Shown: one piece after another, positions 49,400 to 59,778 of the stretch
How the letters are laid out: every line of letters begins with the position of its first letter
How positions within the stretch are numbered: position 1 is the first letter of the stretch
Assembly: GCA_023228875.1 (NCBI GenBank)
Contig: JALOAG010000005.1
Coordinates: 149,801-213,800 of the forward strand
Origin: Bacteroidia bacterium
GTDB lineage: Bacteria > Bacteroidota > Bacteroidia > NS11-12g > UBA955
Length of the DNA stretch: 64,000 bases
Direction of reading: 5' to 3'
The notes under the pieces: generated by a model
What the model saw: the letters and a program-made list of their open reading frames with translations, nothing else
What the model was told of the DNA's origin: nothing
The model's database searches: none
Program-made: the position numbers and the translations under genes

Positions 49400-51022
49400 T
49401 TAGTTGTTTTTAATAATACCTTTAGCTCTTGTTTTAATTCCAGCTTTAATCACGATTTTATTATCAGGATAAATCTTTACAGGAGTATTGCCATTGTTAA
49501 ATGACAATGCTTCGGCTTTTATTCCTATTTTGTTCACATTCTGTGCGTTCAGTTTCTTTAGCAATACTTGGTCTAAACGAATATAAGTAGTTTTTCTACT
49601 TGCATTGGTTACTTTTCCGTTTCCATCCACCGGAGCGGGAACTACCACTTCTGTTTGGCTTAAAGTTTTAAATACAGAATCAACTGCAACATTATTTACA
49701 GAGTCTAAGAAATAGATTTGGAAATTGAGACCTACCGGTAATGTGTTTTCAATGATTAATTTAATTTCAGCATAATCAATGATGTCGGCATCTTTAGGAG
49801 CTGTAAATTCTGCTGTGTCCACAAAGCCAAAGTTTTTAAATGAGCCATAAAATGGTAATTCAATTTCGGAGGTCATGGTTACTCTGCTGGTATCGAGTGC
49901 AAAGTTTTTAGTAATTCCACCGGGATTGATGTCAGCTTGAGCACCAAACTGTATATCCGTAATATTAGATTCAATCAGTTGTTTAACATTGACTTGAGGT
50001 GATTTTAAAATGAGTGTACTACGTTTGTTATTAAAGATTTGTGCTGGTCTGTCAATTGTAAAGGGGAGCGCCACTCCGGTGATGGGCATTGTAGAGCCGT
50101 CTTGTTTCTTTGCTTCAAAAGGATTGAGCGTATTAATTCTGACTGCCATACCATAAGTATTGTCAAAGTATAAATTAAAGCGAGGGTCTTCTGCGGAGAT
50201 GTTACCTTCTCCGGATGCAAGTTCAAAGAGTTTTACCTCTAAGTTTCTTGTGGGTATATTTAATGGTGCATTTCCAAAATAGCCGAAAATGCGTTTGAAA
50301 TTTTGGTTGACTATATTCAGATTGTAACTGATGTTTTGACCACTTGTAATAATATCTGATACCGAGTTCTTGTCTAATCTGATAAGCATTTTTACACGTA
50401 ATCTGTTGGTGTTCATTCCGTTTAAGGTTAAGTCTGCCTTGTATCCGGCAATGTCAACATTGTCAGATGCGGAATTATTTGCAGGGATGTTAAAGTTACC
50501 ATTGTAGGGTACATTGCTTGGTGTCAAGAAACTTTCTATGATAAATGAAACATTTGCAGGGATTTGAAGGGTGGAATTGAGCAAAACGTTTAATGTTCCT
50601 TCTTTATAAATGATGGAGTCAATTTCATAAGGATTTAAGTTAAACACCCAGTCAAAAGTAATGCTGTCATATAGAGAAGTGCCAACCGATGCAGAGTTAA
50701 ATGCAACAATGAATGGAGCGGACATGGGCATTGTGTTTCCTGCTGATTGGTCTGTAAGTACTATGTAGTCATTTCCTATGAGCGAAGAGGAGTTCTGACC
50801 GGCAATGTAGCTGATATAGCCTTCGTCATTAATGAAGATTTGATTCAATGAATCGTAGCGTCTCAGTAAATCCATAGCGGTGAACTGGTCATTAAACAGA
50901 GCAACACCATAAGTACCATCAATTTCGATTCCTTTTGACTTATTGAAATCAAAGTCGCTTTCTTTGATACAGCCCCACAGTAGGACTGAAAGAATAAAAG
51001 TAAAGAGTAATTTATTTTTCAT
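49400..51022 (-). CDS. Large hypothetical surface lipoprotein
   Basis: Lipobox LWGC followed by IKESD; beta-rich body; CAAAAGTA (minus-strand TACTTTTG) at 51052-51059. Confidence 0.7.
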   Translation of the reverse strand: MKNKLLFTFILSVLLWGCIKESDFDFNKSKGIEIDGTYGVALFNDQFTAMDLLRRYDSLNQIFINDEGYISYIAGQNSSSLIGNDYIVLTDQSAGNTMPMSAPFIVAFNSASVGTSLYDSITFDWVFNLNPYEIDSIIYKEGTLNVLLNSTLQIPANVSFIIESFLTPSNVPYNGNFNIPANNSASDNVDIAGYKADLTLNGMNTNRLRVKMLIRLDKNSVSDIITSGQNISYNLNIVNQNFKRIFGYFGNAPLNIPTRNLEVKLFELASGEGNISAEDPRFNLYFDNTYGMAVRINTLNPFEAKKQDGSTMPITGVALPFTIDRPAQIFNNKRSTLILKSPQVNVKQLIESNITDIQFGAQADINPGGITKNFALDTSRVTMTSEIELPFYGSFKNFGFVDTAEFTAPKDADIIDYAEIKLIIENTLPVGLNFQIYFLDSVNNVAVDSVFKTLSQTEVVVPAPVDGNGKVTNASRKTTYIRLDQVLLKKLNAQNVNKIGIKAEALSFNNGNTPVKIYPDNKIVIKAGIKTRAKGIIKNN

Positions 51023-51089
51023 AAGTATATTAATGTGCTGAGGTAATTTGACAAAAGTAATTTATTGCGTGAAAACTATGTAATATTTT

Positions 51090-54000
51090 TTAACATTTCA
51101 AGGTCTCTAAAATGTTGAGTGCTGCTTTAAGGCTGTTGATATTATGTACATTTAGTATCAGTGATTTTGAACTTTGTTTTAAATTGTATTTGAGTGGATT
51201 GTTGGTTATTTGAGTCAGTAGGTGCTGGAATGTGGCATGGTTAAAATAAGCACTGTTGGGATTGGATTGTAAATAAATTCTCATTTCATTATTTGATAGC
51301 GTAATCTTTTCAAACCCAAGTTCTTTTCCTTTCCATTTCAATCGTATTGTTTCAATAAGTTCTAATGTTGGAGGAGGAATAGTGCCAAATCTGTCTTCGA
51401 GATTACTTGCGAACTTTGCTAAATCTGCATCATTTTCAATCGCTGAAAGCTCCTGATACAATAGAAGTCGTTCAGAAATTTGACTGACATAATAATCCGG
51501 AATTAACATTTCATAATCTGTTTCAACCACACATTCTTTAGAAGCAATTACTTCATTCTGATTGTCAAAGAGTTCTTTGAATTCGTCTTCTTTCAGTTCG
51601 CCAACAGCTTCATCCAGAATCTTGTGGTACATATCAAACCCAATTTCGGAAATGAAACCGCTTTGTTCTCCGCCCAATAAATTGCCGGCACCTCTGATGT
51701 CTAAATCGCGCATTGCAATTTGGAAACCGCTGCCCAAGTCTGTAAATTCTTCTATTGTTTTGAGTCTTTTTCGAGCTTCTTCTGTTAACGAAGAAAGGGG
51801 AGGAGCAAGCAGAATACAATATGCCTTTGTGTTAGAACGCCCGACTCTACCTCGCATTTGGTGTAAATCGCTCAATCCAAACATGTGTGCATTGTTTATA
51901 ATAATGGTGTTACCATTTGGAATGTCAAGTCCTGTTTCGATAATTGTGGTAGAGATGAGTACATCAAATTCGCCTTCAATGAAACGTATCATTGTTTTTT
52001 CCAAATCATCACCTTCCATTTGACCATGTGCAACTGCTGTTCTAATATCAGGCATTTCATTCTCTATCATTTTGCGAATTGCTTCAATGTCTTTGACTCT
52101 GTTGTGAACAAAAAATACCTGACCTCCGCGGCTCACTTCCTTGTCAATAGCATTGATAATGACTTCTTTGTTAAAAACATGTAATTCAGTTTGAATGGGC
52201 TGTCTGTTGGGAGGAGGGGTGTTAATCACTGACAAATCTCTTGCTCCCATTAATGAAAAGTGAAGTGTGCGCGGGATTGGTGTAGCGGTGAGTGTCAGGG
52301 TGTCAATATTTACGCGGAGTTCACGCAGTTTTTCTTTTGCACTCACACCGAATTTTTGTTCTTCGTCTATGATTAAAAGACCTAAATCCTTGAATTTAAC
52401 ATCTTTTCCAATCAATCGATGTGTTCCAATGATGATGTCAGTTTTACCTTCGCTTAATTTCTTAAGCGTTTTTTTTTGCTCACTTGGAGATTTAAAACGA
52501 TTTATAAAATCAACTGATACAGGCAGATTTTCCATGCGTTCTCCAAATGTTCTGTAATGCTGATAAGCAAGAATGGTAGTGGGAACTAAAACAGCAACTT
52601 GTTTGCCGTCCAACACAGCTTTGAATGCAGCTCTGATTGCTACTTCTGTTTTGCCAAATCCAACATCACCACAAAGAAGCCTGTCCATTGGTTGGTTTTT
52701 TTCCATGTCTTTCTTTACTTCATCTGTTGCTTTAGCTTGGTCTTCTGTGTCTTCATAGAGGAAGGAGGCTTCTAATTCATTTTGCAAATAATTATCAGGG
52801 CTAAACGCAAAGCCGGGCTGCGCTTTTCGGGCTGCATAAAGTTTTATTAATTCGCGTGCAATGTCTTTTACCTTTCGTTTGGTATTTGCTTTTTGCTTTT
52901 CCCAAACCCCACTTCCCAATTTGTGCACTTTCGGAATGGTGCCTTCTTGTCCTGAAAAACGTGAAATCTTATGAAGTGAACTAATGCTCACATAAAGCAT
53001 ATCATTATCTCTATACACAATCTTAACCACTTCTTGGATTTTGCCTTTAACATCCATTTTTTGTAGTCCGGCAAATTTCCCAACCCCATGATCAATATGT
53101 GTAACAAAATCACCTATTTTTAACTCTTGAAGTTCTTTTAGGGTAAGAGCCGCATTTTTATTTGTTCTGCTATGTTTGTTTTTATATCGGTAATAGCGGT
53201 TAAAGATTTGATGCTCAGTATATAATGCAATTTTTAAATCTTTATCTACAAAGCCTAATGATAGAGCATGGTAAATAGGTTCAAATTTGATGTCGCGTTG
53301 CTTATCCTTAATTATTGCTTCAAGCCGTTCCAATTGTCGTGGTTGCTCAGAAAAAAGAAGGTTTTTGATTCCTAAAACTTCATTTTCTTTCAAATGATTA
53401 AGCGCTAGGTCTAAGCCTTTGCCGAACAAGGGTTGTTCTTTTTGGTTAAAATTAATATCGTGATTACTTTTGAGTTTAAAGTATGAGCCAAATTCAACAA
53501 TTGGAAATTTGCATAACTCTCTATAAGTTGTCCCCATATTCAAAAAGAATTCCGAGTTAGAAATTTCCTTTTCGATATTCTCTAAAATCCATGCTAAATC
53601 CTTAACAAATACAATAGTGTTTAACTTGAGATATTTGAAAAATGAGTCTGCATTTTGTGCGTTTTGTAGTTGAGAAATATTGGGCACCAATTTGAACCAT
53701 TGTACTTTGCTGACTGAGAGTTGAGTTTCAGGGTCAAAAACCCTGATTGATTCAATAGCATCTCCATCCAAAGCAATACGATAGGGTAAATTAGAATCAT
53801 AAGAGAATATATCAATGATAGAGCCTCTAATTGCAAAATGCCCCGGTTGAAATACAAACTCTTCACGTTCATATCCTTGTTCATCTAGCACCTCAATCAT
53901 AAAGTCAATGTCAAAGTTGTCAGCTACATTCAGAGTAACGGTCTTGTTTTCAAGCAAAGAGCCTTCTATTGCTTTTTCAGAAATTGCAGAGGTATAAGTT

Positions 54001-54365
54001 ACAATGAGTAAGGGTTTGTTGCTGTTGTTAATTCGCTCTAATGCACTTGTTCTCAACTGTAGCTTGTCAGGCATTTGTTCAGTTGTATCAAAGGGCTTTT
54101 TATAGGAATCATAAAGTAACACTGTGTTTTTTTCCATCTCCATGTTTTCTAAATCATTTCTGAAAAACTCCGCCTCCTCTTCTGTAGGCAGGATGATAAC
54201 AAAATGACTTTGCAGGTTTTGAAATAATGAACTGAAAAGTACGGCTGACGCTGATCCGGACAACTTGTTTAAATGTATGCTTTTACCATTTGGGCGTAGA
54301 AATTCACCCATTCCTTTGATTGCAGGATGAAACTCAAAAAGATGTTTTAATTCACTAATCTTCAC
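51090..54365 (-). CDS. mfd: Transcription-repair coupling factor
   Basis: VTHIDHGVGKF, MDRLLCGDVGFGKTEVA, IDEEQKFGV, TATPIPRTL, QMRGRVGRS, DLDIRGAG; TATCTTTG element at 54402-54409. Confidence 0.98.
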   Translation of the reverse strand: MKISELKHLFEFHPAIKGMGEFLRPNGKSIHLNKLSGSASAVLFSSLFQNLQSHFVIILPTEEEAEFFRNDLENMEMEKNTVLLYDSYKKPFDTTEQMPDKLQLRTSALERINNSNKPLLIVTYTSAISEKAIEGSLLENKTVTLNVADNFDIDFMIEVLDEQGYEREEFVFQPGHFAIRGSIIDIFSYDSNLPYRIALDGDAIESIRVFDPETQLSVSKVQWFKLVPNISQLQNAQNADSFFKYLKLNTIVFVKDLAWILENIEKEISNSEFFLNMGTTYRELCKFPIVEFGSYFKLKSNHDINFNQKEQPLFGKGLDLALNHLKENEVLGIKNLLFSEQPRQLERLEAIIKDKQRDIKFEPIYHALSLGFVDKDLKIALYTEHQIFNRYYRYKNKHSRTNKNAALTLKELQELKIGDFVTHIDHGVGKFAGLQKMDVKGKIQEVVKIVYRDNDMLYVSISSLHKISRFSGQEGTIPKVHKLGSGVWEKQKANTKRKVKDIARELIKLYAARKAQPGFAFSPDNYLQNELEASFLYEDTEDQAKATDEVKKDMEKNQPMDRLLCGDVGFGKTEVAIRAAFKAVLDGKQVAVLVPTTILAYQHYRTFGERMENLPVSVDFINRFKSPSEQKKTLKKLSEGKTDIIIGTHRLIGKDVKFKDLGLLIIDEEQKFGVSAKEKLRELRVNIDTLTLTATPIPRTLHFSLMGARDLSVINTPPPNRQPIQTELHVFNKEVIINAIDKEVSRGGQVFFVHNRVKDIEAIRKMIENEMPDIRTAVAHGQMEGDDLEKTMIRFIEGEFDVLISTTIIETGLDIPNGNTIIINNAHMFGLSDLHQMRGRVGRSNTKAYCILLAPPLSSLTEEARKRLKTIEEFTDLGSGFQIAMRDLDIRGAGNLLGGEQSGFISEIGFDMYHKILDEAVGELKEDEFKELFDNQNEVIASKECVVETDYEMLIPDYYVSQISERLLLYQELSAIENDADLAKFASNLEDRFGTIPPPTLELIETIRLKWKGKELGFEKITLSNNEMRIYLQSNPNSAYFNHATFQHLLTQITNNPLKYNLKQSSKSLILNVHNINSLKAALNILETLKC

Positions 54366-54512
54366 TTAACCAAGCCCAACGAGGATCAAATATAACGTGT
54401 GCAAAGATAGCGTTTGCATAATGTTGATTGCATAGACTTGTTCTTAAAAAATTGCAGATTAAAATTTAAGTATTGATATTGGGTTTAACCTATTTGTTAA
54501 TCCTTGAATGAC

Positions 54513-55334
54513 TTATAGTCGCGTTGCAAAAATATTGGCTTGTAAGAAACAGCCATTGACAATTTTTTTGTTCACAAATGGCTGTGCAAGTTTAACAGGT
54601 ACTTCCATCCTGTATGTAAATCCTGCATTTTCTAATTGTTGCAGAATATCAGCTAAGAATGGAGTTTCGTTTTCTCGTTGATGATATTCAATAAAGATGT
54701 TTTTGATTTTTGGGAAATGTTTGGCAATATGTGGAATTAATATCCTTTCGGCTCCTTCAATGTCAATTTTTAGCATGTCTATGTTAGTAAATGAGTCTAA
54801 ATAGTTGCTAAAATCAATTGCTTCTACACTGTTGTTACCGGTACTTTCCACTATCATACCACCGTCTTTTCCATCAGAAAGAAAGCTGATTTTTTCATTT
54901 TTAACATATACTGCTTGATTGAGTATATGAACGTTAGGCGATGTTATTGGTGCTAAATTTTGTTTTAATTTTTCAAAAATTTCCGTGTCAGCTTCAAAAC
55001 TATAAATGTTGGCACCGGGATAATGTTTTGCAAACCAAAAAGTACTTAACCCAATATTTGCACCGCAATCAATGATATTTATTGAAGTTGTAGTGGTTGT
55101 GTCAAATCTATAGTATTCACGGTAGTATATTTCATGGTATTGCCAGAAGAAACCGAGTTTGTCGTTGATAATAAAGGGCTGCCCGTTTATTCTAAACTTT
55201 TGAACAGGAAATATAACTAAACGTAAACCTAAGAAAAACAACTTTCTAAAATCCTTTTGCAGTATAAACTTAAAAAGTCCACCAAAGAAATATATCAATA
55301 AGCCCCTAAGCATGTACCCATAAAATTTCTGCAA
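54513..55334 (-). CDS. FkbM family methyltransferase
   Basis: IIDCGANIGLS, SFEAD, IDMLKIDIEGAE, IFIEYH. Confidence 0.9.
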   Translation of the reverse strand: MQKFYGYMLRGLLIYFFGGLFKFILQKDFRKLFFLGLRLVIFPVQKFRINGQPFIINDKLGFFWQYHEIYYREYYRFDTTTTTSINIIDCGANIGLSTFWFAKHYPGANIYSFEADTEIFEKLKQNLAPITSPNVHILNQAVYVKNEKISFLSDGKDGGMIVESTGNNSVEAIDFSNYLDSFTNIDMLKIDIEGAERILIPHIAKHFPKIKNIFIEYHQRENETPFLADILQQLENAGFTYRMEVPVKLAQPFVNKKIVNGCFLQANIFATRL

Positions 55335-55504
55335 AGGAAAGTAAATTCTGTGTCAAGTTTGTTGTAAAATCTTGCAGCAATGGTAATTGCTTATGTTGAC
55401 TTGTGTAGTTTGTCTCTTGGTAAGGTGTTGAAGAGTCATCAACATAAGTCTCAAAAAGAATTTCTGATGGCTATATTTGCGGACTGATTTTGCAATAAAA
55501 CATC

Positions 55505-56692
55505 TTGAAAATACTTTTTGTAGCCAACCGTTTTCCCTTTCCTCCACACAGAGGAGATAAGATTAAAATTTATAATCTGGCACGTAAACTTGCGTTAAAA
55601 CATGAGTTAATATTGGTTACATTCACGCAAGATAAACAAGACCTTGCAAATCTTTCTAAGTTAAACCATATTTTTTCGAGAGTTGAAACTATACACTTGC
55701 CTCAATGGAAGTCAGTGTTGTCTTGCAGCCGTTTTTTAATTGACAAAAGCCCATTACAAGTATTGTATTTTCGCTCAAATGCGTTTAAAAAATTATTGTC
55801 AAAAGTGGTAGCAGAAGAACAGCCGGATGTTGTGCATGTGCAACATTTGCGTATGTCTCAATATCTGAATCAATTAGCAGGAATTCCGGCTTTATTGGAT
55901 TTGCCGGATGCATTCAGTATGTATTGGGAGCGAAGAAAAAATCAAGCTGCCGGAGTGCTGAAAAAAATGTTTAACACAATGGAATTTAAGAGGCTGGAAA
56001 AATATGAGCTTATTCTGAAACGATTTAACCTTTGTGTTGCATGTTCTAAAGAGGATGTAAATTATTTGATTAAAAAGCATGAATTGACGAATATCAAGGT
56101 ATTGCCAAACGGAGTTGATGTAGAAGTGTTTTCTTCAGGAATGGGTCATGATTATAGTCAGAATAAGATATTATTATTTACGGGAAATATGAATTATGCT
56201 CCCAACGTTGACGGTGTGCAATACTTTGTGAAGGATATTTTGCCATTGATTCATAAAAAACACCCGCAAGTTAAATTTGTTATTGCGGGACAAAATCCTG
56301 TTCACTCTGTTCTTACATTGGCATCAGAACAAGTTGAAGTTACAGGTTTTGTAATAGATATTGTGGACTATTATAAACAAGCAGCGGTTGTTGTTGCACC
56401 CTTGCGTATAGGAGCCGGAACTCAAAATAAAGTGCTTGAGGCTTTGTCTATGGCTATTCCGGTGGTTTGTACGCGAGTTGGTTTTGAAGGATTGGGAATT
56501 AAACAAGGTGAAGGTGCCTTTATGGAAACAGAAAATACTGCTTTTGCAAACAGGGTAATGGAGTTATTGGACAATCAAGAATTAAGAAAAAGTACAGGGC
56601 TGTCCGGACAGGCAATGATTCGAAAACAATTTGATTGGAATGTTGTTGCGAGTGTGTTAGAAGAGTATCTAAAAGAAATTAAGCATGGGTAG
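55505..56692 (+). CDS. Glycosyltransferase family 4
   Basis: RFPFPPHRGDK, FTGNMNYAPNVDG, APLRIGAGTQNKVLEALSM; TATATTTG element at 55472-55479. Confidence 0.92.
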   Translation: MKILFVANRFPFPPHRGDKIKIYNLARKLALKHELILVTFTQDKQDLANLSKLNHIFSRVETIHLPQWKSVLSCSRFLIDKSPLQVLYFRSNAFKKLLSKVVAEEQPDVVHVQHLRMSQYLNQLAGIPALLDLPDAFSMYWERRKNQAAGVLKKMFNTMEFKRLEKYELILKRFNLCVACSKEDVNYLIKKHELTNIKVLPNGVDVEVFSSGMGHDYSQNKILLFTGNMNYAPNVDGVQYFVKDILPLIHKKHPQVKFVIAGQNPVHSVLTLASEQVEVTGFVIDIVDYYKQAAVVVAPLRIGAGTQNKVLEALSMAIPVVCTRVGFEGLGIKQGEGAFMETENTAFANRVMELLDNQELRKSTGLSGQAMIRKQFDWNVVASVLEEYLKEIKHG

Positions 56693-58076
56693 GATTCGCT
56701 TTTTTGGTGCCATTATTATCTTATCTCTGATTATACAAGCTGCGTATTTTGGAGATGTTAAATCCATGTTTGGAGACTCTGCTTTTACAGTCTTTAAAAT
56801 TCTGAATTTTGAATCGATACCGGTTGAGCATGATCGTTATGCAGGGGCAATTGTGAATATTCCTGCGTATTTAGGGATGTATTTTGATGCCCCAATTTCG
56901 TTAATTTTTAAACTTTATGCAATAGGACCTTGGTTGTTGATATTGGGAGTTTTTAGTTTGTTGGTTTATTTAAAAAGACCTGTTGAGTCGCTGACCTTAG
57001 TCATTTCCTTAGTATGGTTTATGAGAGAAAGTTTCTTTATTACGACAGAAGTACCGGCTGCAGTGTCATTCTCGTTATTGTTTAGTGTGTTTTTGTGGTG
57101 GCAGAATAATAATCAAATTGTGCGAGATTGGCGTCCGGTATTGATTGGGTTATTGGGTGTAATCGGGGCGGTTTTCTCGCATCCCATTGGCTTGATATTA
57201 GTATCCTTCTTATTAGTATTGAAGTTCACGGACAGTATAAAGGAATTTAGGAAATGGTGGTATTTTGCCATTCCTTTGCTGATTGTTATACTGTTAAAGT
57301 CAGCTTTTTTTTCGACTTCCTCTTATGAAGAATCATTTTATACAAAATTGTTTAAAGACATAACATGGGTGCAAGGTTTTACAGATTTATATTCAGTACA
57401 ATTCTTTTTTAAAGCACAAAACGGGATGTATTTATTGTTGATTTTGCTTTGGATATTAGCCTTGTTTAGACTCAACACAAATGAAGCACGTCCTACATTT
57501 TTATTCAGCTTAATAGGGCTGCCGGTTTTGTGGGTATTAGTCATGGTAACTTTTAAAGAAGGGGATGTAAATCCCATGATGGAAAAGAGTTATTTAGCGA
57601 TAGTAATGCCCGTAGTTTTTGTATTTATTTTTAGAAGTTACCAATTGTACAAAGGAATAGGAGGGATGGTGTTTCTTTCTTTTTGGGTTATTAGTTTAAT
57701 CAGTATAAGCAACATTGCTAAAATTGGCAATGAAGTCTATGCAAAGCGTTTAAATCGTTTAGAGAAATTAGTAACCATGCAACAGCGAACCGGACACGAC
57801 AAATTTTATGTAGAAAAAGCACAAATTAAAGGAGATGTTTGGCTTACCCATTGGGCTCTGCCTTTTGAAACCTTGTTAATGTCTTTAGAAAAAAATGGAG
57901 TTGGTAAGCTCACTGTGTTAGATATGTCAACAAGAAACTTGCCCAACCTTAATTCACATCAATATTATGGACCTGATTGGTTTGGCGCATGGGATGTGAA
58001 CACTTTAAATAAAAAATACTTTTCACTATCAAAATCTGAATGGGTGAAAATAGGTAGTCTTGATTTTGTAGAATAA
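56685..58076 (+). CDS. Polytopic membrane protein (possible GT-C/polysaccharide-related)
   Basis: About 10 hydrophobic segments; overlaps the GT4 stop, so probably co-transcribed. Confidence 0.6.
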   Translation: MGRIRFFGAIIILSLIIQAAYFGDVKSMFGDSAFTVFKILNFESIPVEHDRYAGAIVNIPAYLGMYFDAPISLIFKLYAIGPWLLILGVFSLLVYLKRPVESLTLVISLVWFMRESFFITTEVPAAVSFSLLFSVFLWWQNNNQIVRDWRPVLIGLLGVIGAVFSHPIGLILVSFLLVLKFTDSIKEFRKWWYFAIPLLIVILLKSAFFSTSSYEESFYTKLFKDITWVQGFTDLYSVQFFFKAQNGMYLLLILLWILALFRLNTNEARPTFLFSLIGLPVLWVLVMVTFKEGDVNPMMEKSYLAIVMPVVFVFIFRSYQLYKGIGGMVFLSFWVISLISISNIAKIGNEVYAKRLNRLEKLVTMQQRTGHDKFYVEKAQIKGDVWLTHWALPFETLLMSLEKNGVGKLTVLDMSTRNLPNLNSHQYYGPDWFGAWDVNTLNKKYFSLSKSEWVKIGSLDFVE

Positions 58077-58144
58077 TGCCTTTAGTGGGTAAGTCGTGTA
58101 TGTTTCTTATGGTATTCGATTTGGAATTTCAAAATCTTTGAGCA

Positions 58145-58152
58145 TATATTTG
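58145..58152 (+). promoter_or_regulatory. Bacteroidota -7 element (TATATTTG) for the TetR-paa operon
   Basis: Exact TAnnTTTG match 23 nt upstream of ATG 58176. Confidence 0.55.
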
Positions 58153-58159
58153 TAGAGAC

Positions 58160-58173
58160 CTAACGTTAGTTAG
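58160..58173. promoter_or_regulatory. Candidate TetR operator (CTAACGTTAG palindrome, extended by TTAG)
   Basis: Perfect 10-bp palindrome at 58160-58169, between the -7 element and the TetR start codon. Confidence 0.5.
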
Positions 58174-58175
58174 CT

Positions 58176-58754
58176 ATGAAGGTGGCGAAAAGACAGTTAA
58201 TAATAGATAAAGCGCTGGAATTAATCAGAAAAAACGGATACCACGCAACAGGAATGAGAGAACTTGCAAAGGCTTTTGACATGGAAGCCCCAAGTTTATA
58301 TAATCATATTAGTTCTAAAGAAGAAATTTTACAAGAAACATGCTTTGGCATGGCAGATAAGTTTATAACTGCATTGGATGAAGTCAATGATATTTATTTT
58401 AATGGCGAAGAAAAATTACGCATGGGAATAAGAAATCATATAGAAATTCTTACAGCGAACTTAAATGCGACCCATGTGTTTTTATATGAATGGCAGAATT
58501 TAAGTGAGCCATATTTGAGCAAATTTGTAGAATTAAGACATCAATACCAAGACGGTTACAGACAGATTATTATGACAGGCGAAAAAGAAGGTGTGTTTAA
58601 AGAAAGTGATATCAAGTTTGCAACACTAACAATATTATCTGCAATAAACTGGGTTATAGAGTGGTATAGACCGGACGGCAAAATGAGTCCAAAAGAAATT
58701 GCAGATAAACTCACTGACTTTATTTTGTCAGGACTAAAAAAAGAAAAAATATAA
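58176..58754 (+). CDS. TetR/AcrR family transcriptional regulator (PaaR-like by context)
   Basis: N-terminal HTH GYHATGMRELA...SLYNHISSKEEIL; heads the paa genes. Confidence 0.9.
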   Translation: MKVAKRQLIIDKALELIRKNGYHATGMRELAKAFDMEAPSLYNHISSKEEILQETCFGMADKFITALDEVNDIYFNGEEKLRMGIRNHIEILTANLNATHVFLYEWQNLSEPYLSKFVELRHQYQDGYRQIIMTGEKEGVFKESDIKFATLTILSAINWVIEWYRPDGKMSPKEIADKLTDFILSGLKKEKI

Positions 58755-58767
58755 ATCATCAATACTT

Positions 58768-59757
58768 ATGTACGGAAACGCTTACATCGACCCCGACCAA
58801 ACCCCTAACAAATATACTCAAGACGAAGATCTTGAAAAACTTGCTGAATTTGAGGCAAGGATTGAAGGAGGAGATAAAATTGAACCCAAAGATTGGATGC
58901 CCAAAGAGTACAGAAGGCAATTAGTAAGAATGATTGAGCAGCATGCTCATTCTGAAATTATTGGAGCTTTGCCTGAAGGTACATGGATAACACGTGCGCC
59001 CGGCTTTAGACGTAAACTGGCACTAATGGCTAAGGTACAAGACGAAGTAGGACATGCTCAATTACTTTATAGCGCTGCCGAAACTCTTGGTAAATCACGT
59101 GAAGAAATGATAAATGACTTAATTAACGGTAAGTCAAAATATTCTAATGTGTTCAATTACCCGGCAGTAACTTGGGCAGACTCTGCCATCATTGCATGGT
59201 TGATAGATGCAGGTGCAATCGTAAATCAACTTGCCAATTCAAAAGGTAGCTATGGTCCCTATTGCAGGGCACTTGAAAGAATTTGTGTAGAAGAATCTTT
59301 TCACTTGAAATATGGACATGATAATGTTGTATTCTTAGCAACCGGCACTAAAACCCAACGCGACATGGTGCAAGATGCGCTCACAAGATGGTGGACTCCT
59401 ATCATGCATTTCTTTGGACCAAGCGACAAAATCTCAGTACACACTGAAACATTGATGAAATGGAAAGTAAAAATGGCTTCAAACGATGAAATGCGCCAAA
59501 CTTTCCTTAATATGTATGTCCCTAAAATTTGGGATTTAGGTCTTGTAATTCCTGACCCAAACTTGAAGAAAAATGAGAGTACAGGACTCTGGGAATATAC
59601 TGAGCCGGATTGGGAAGAATTTAAAAGAGTTATTAATGGTGATGGACCTTGTAATAAAGAAAGACTTGCTGTAAGAAAATATGCTGAAGAAAAAGGAAGA
59701 TGGGTGCGCAAGGCGCTTTTAAAGAAAGATGCAGAATATGTTACTCCGCTTGTTTAA
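58768..59757 (+). CDS. paaA: 1,2-phenylacetyl-CoA epoxidase, subunit A (catalytic)
   Basis: IEPKDWMP..YR, QHAHSEIIG.LPEG.WITRAP, AKVQDEVGH, SYGPY.RA..RIC.EESFH. Confidence 0.96.
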   Translation: MYGNAYIDPDQTPNKYTQDEDLEKLAEFEARIEGGDKIEPKDWMPKEYRRQLVRMIEQHAHSEIIGALPEGTWITRAPGFRRKLALMAKVQDEVGHAQLLYSAAETLGKSREEMINDLINGKSKYSNVFNYPAVTWADSAIIAWLIDAGAIVNQLANSKGSYGPYCRALERICVEESFHLKYGHDNVVFLATGTKTQRDMVQDALTRWWTPIMHFFGPSDKISVHTETLMKWKVKMASNDEMRQTFLNMYVPKIWDLGLVIPDPNLKKNESTGLWEYTEPDWEEFKRVINGDGPCNKERLAVRKYAEEKGRWVRKALLKKDAEYVTPLV

Positions 59758-59778
59758 TTAAATAATGAAAAAGAAAAT

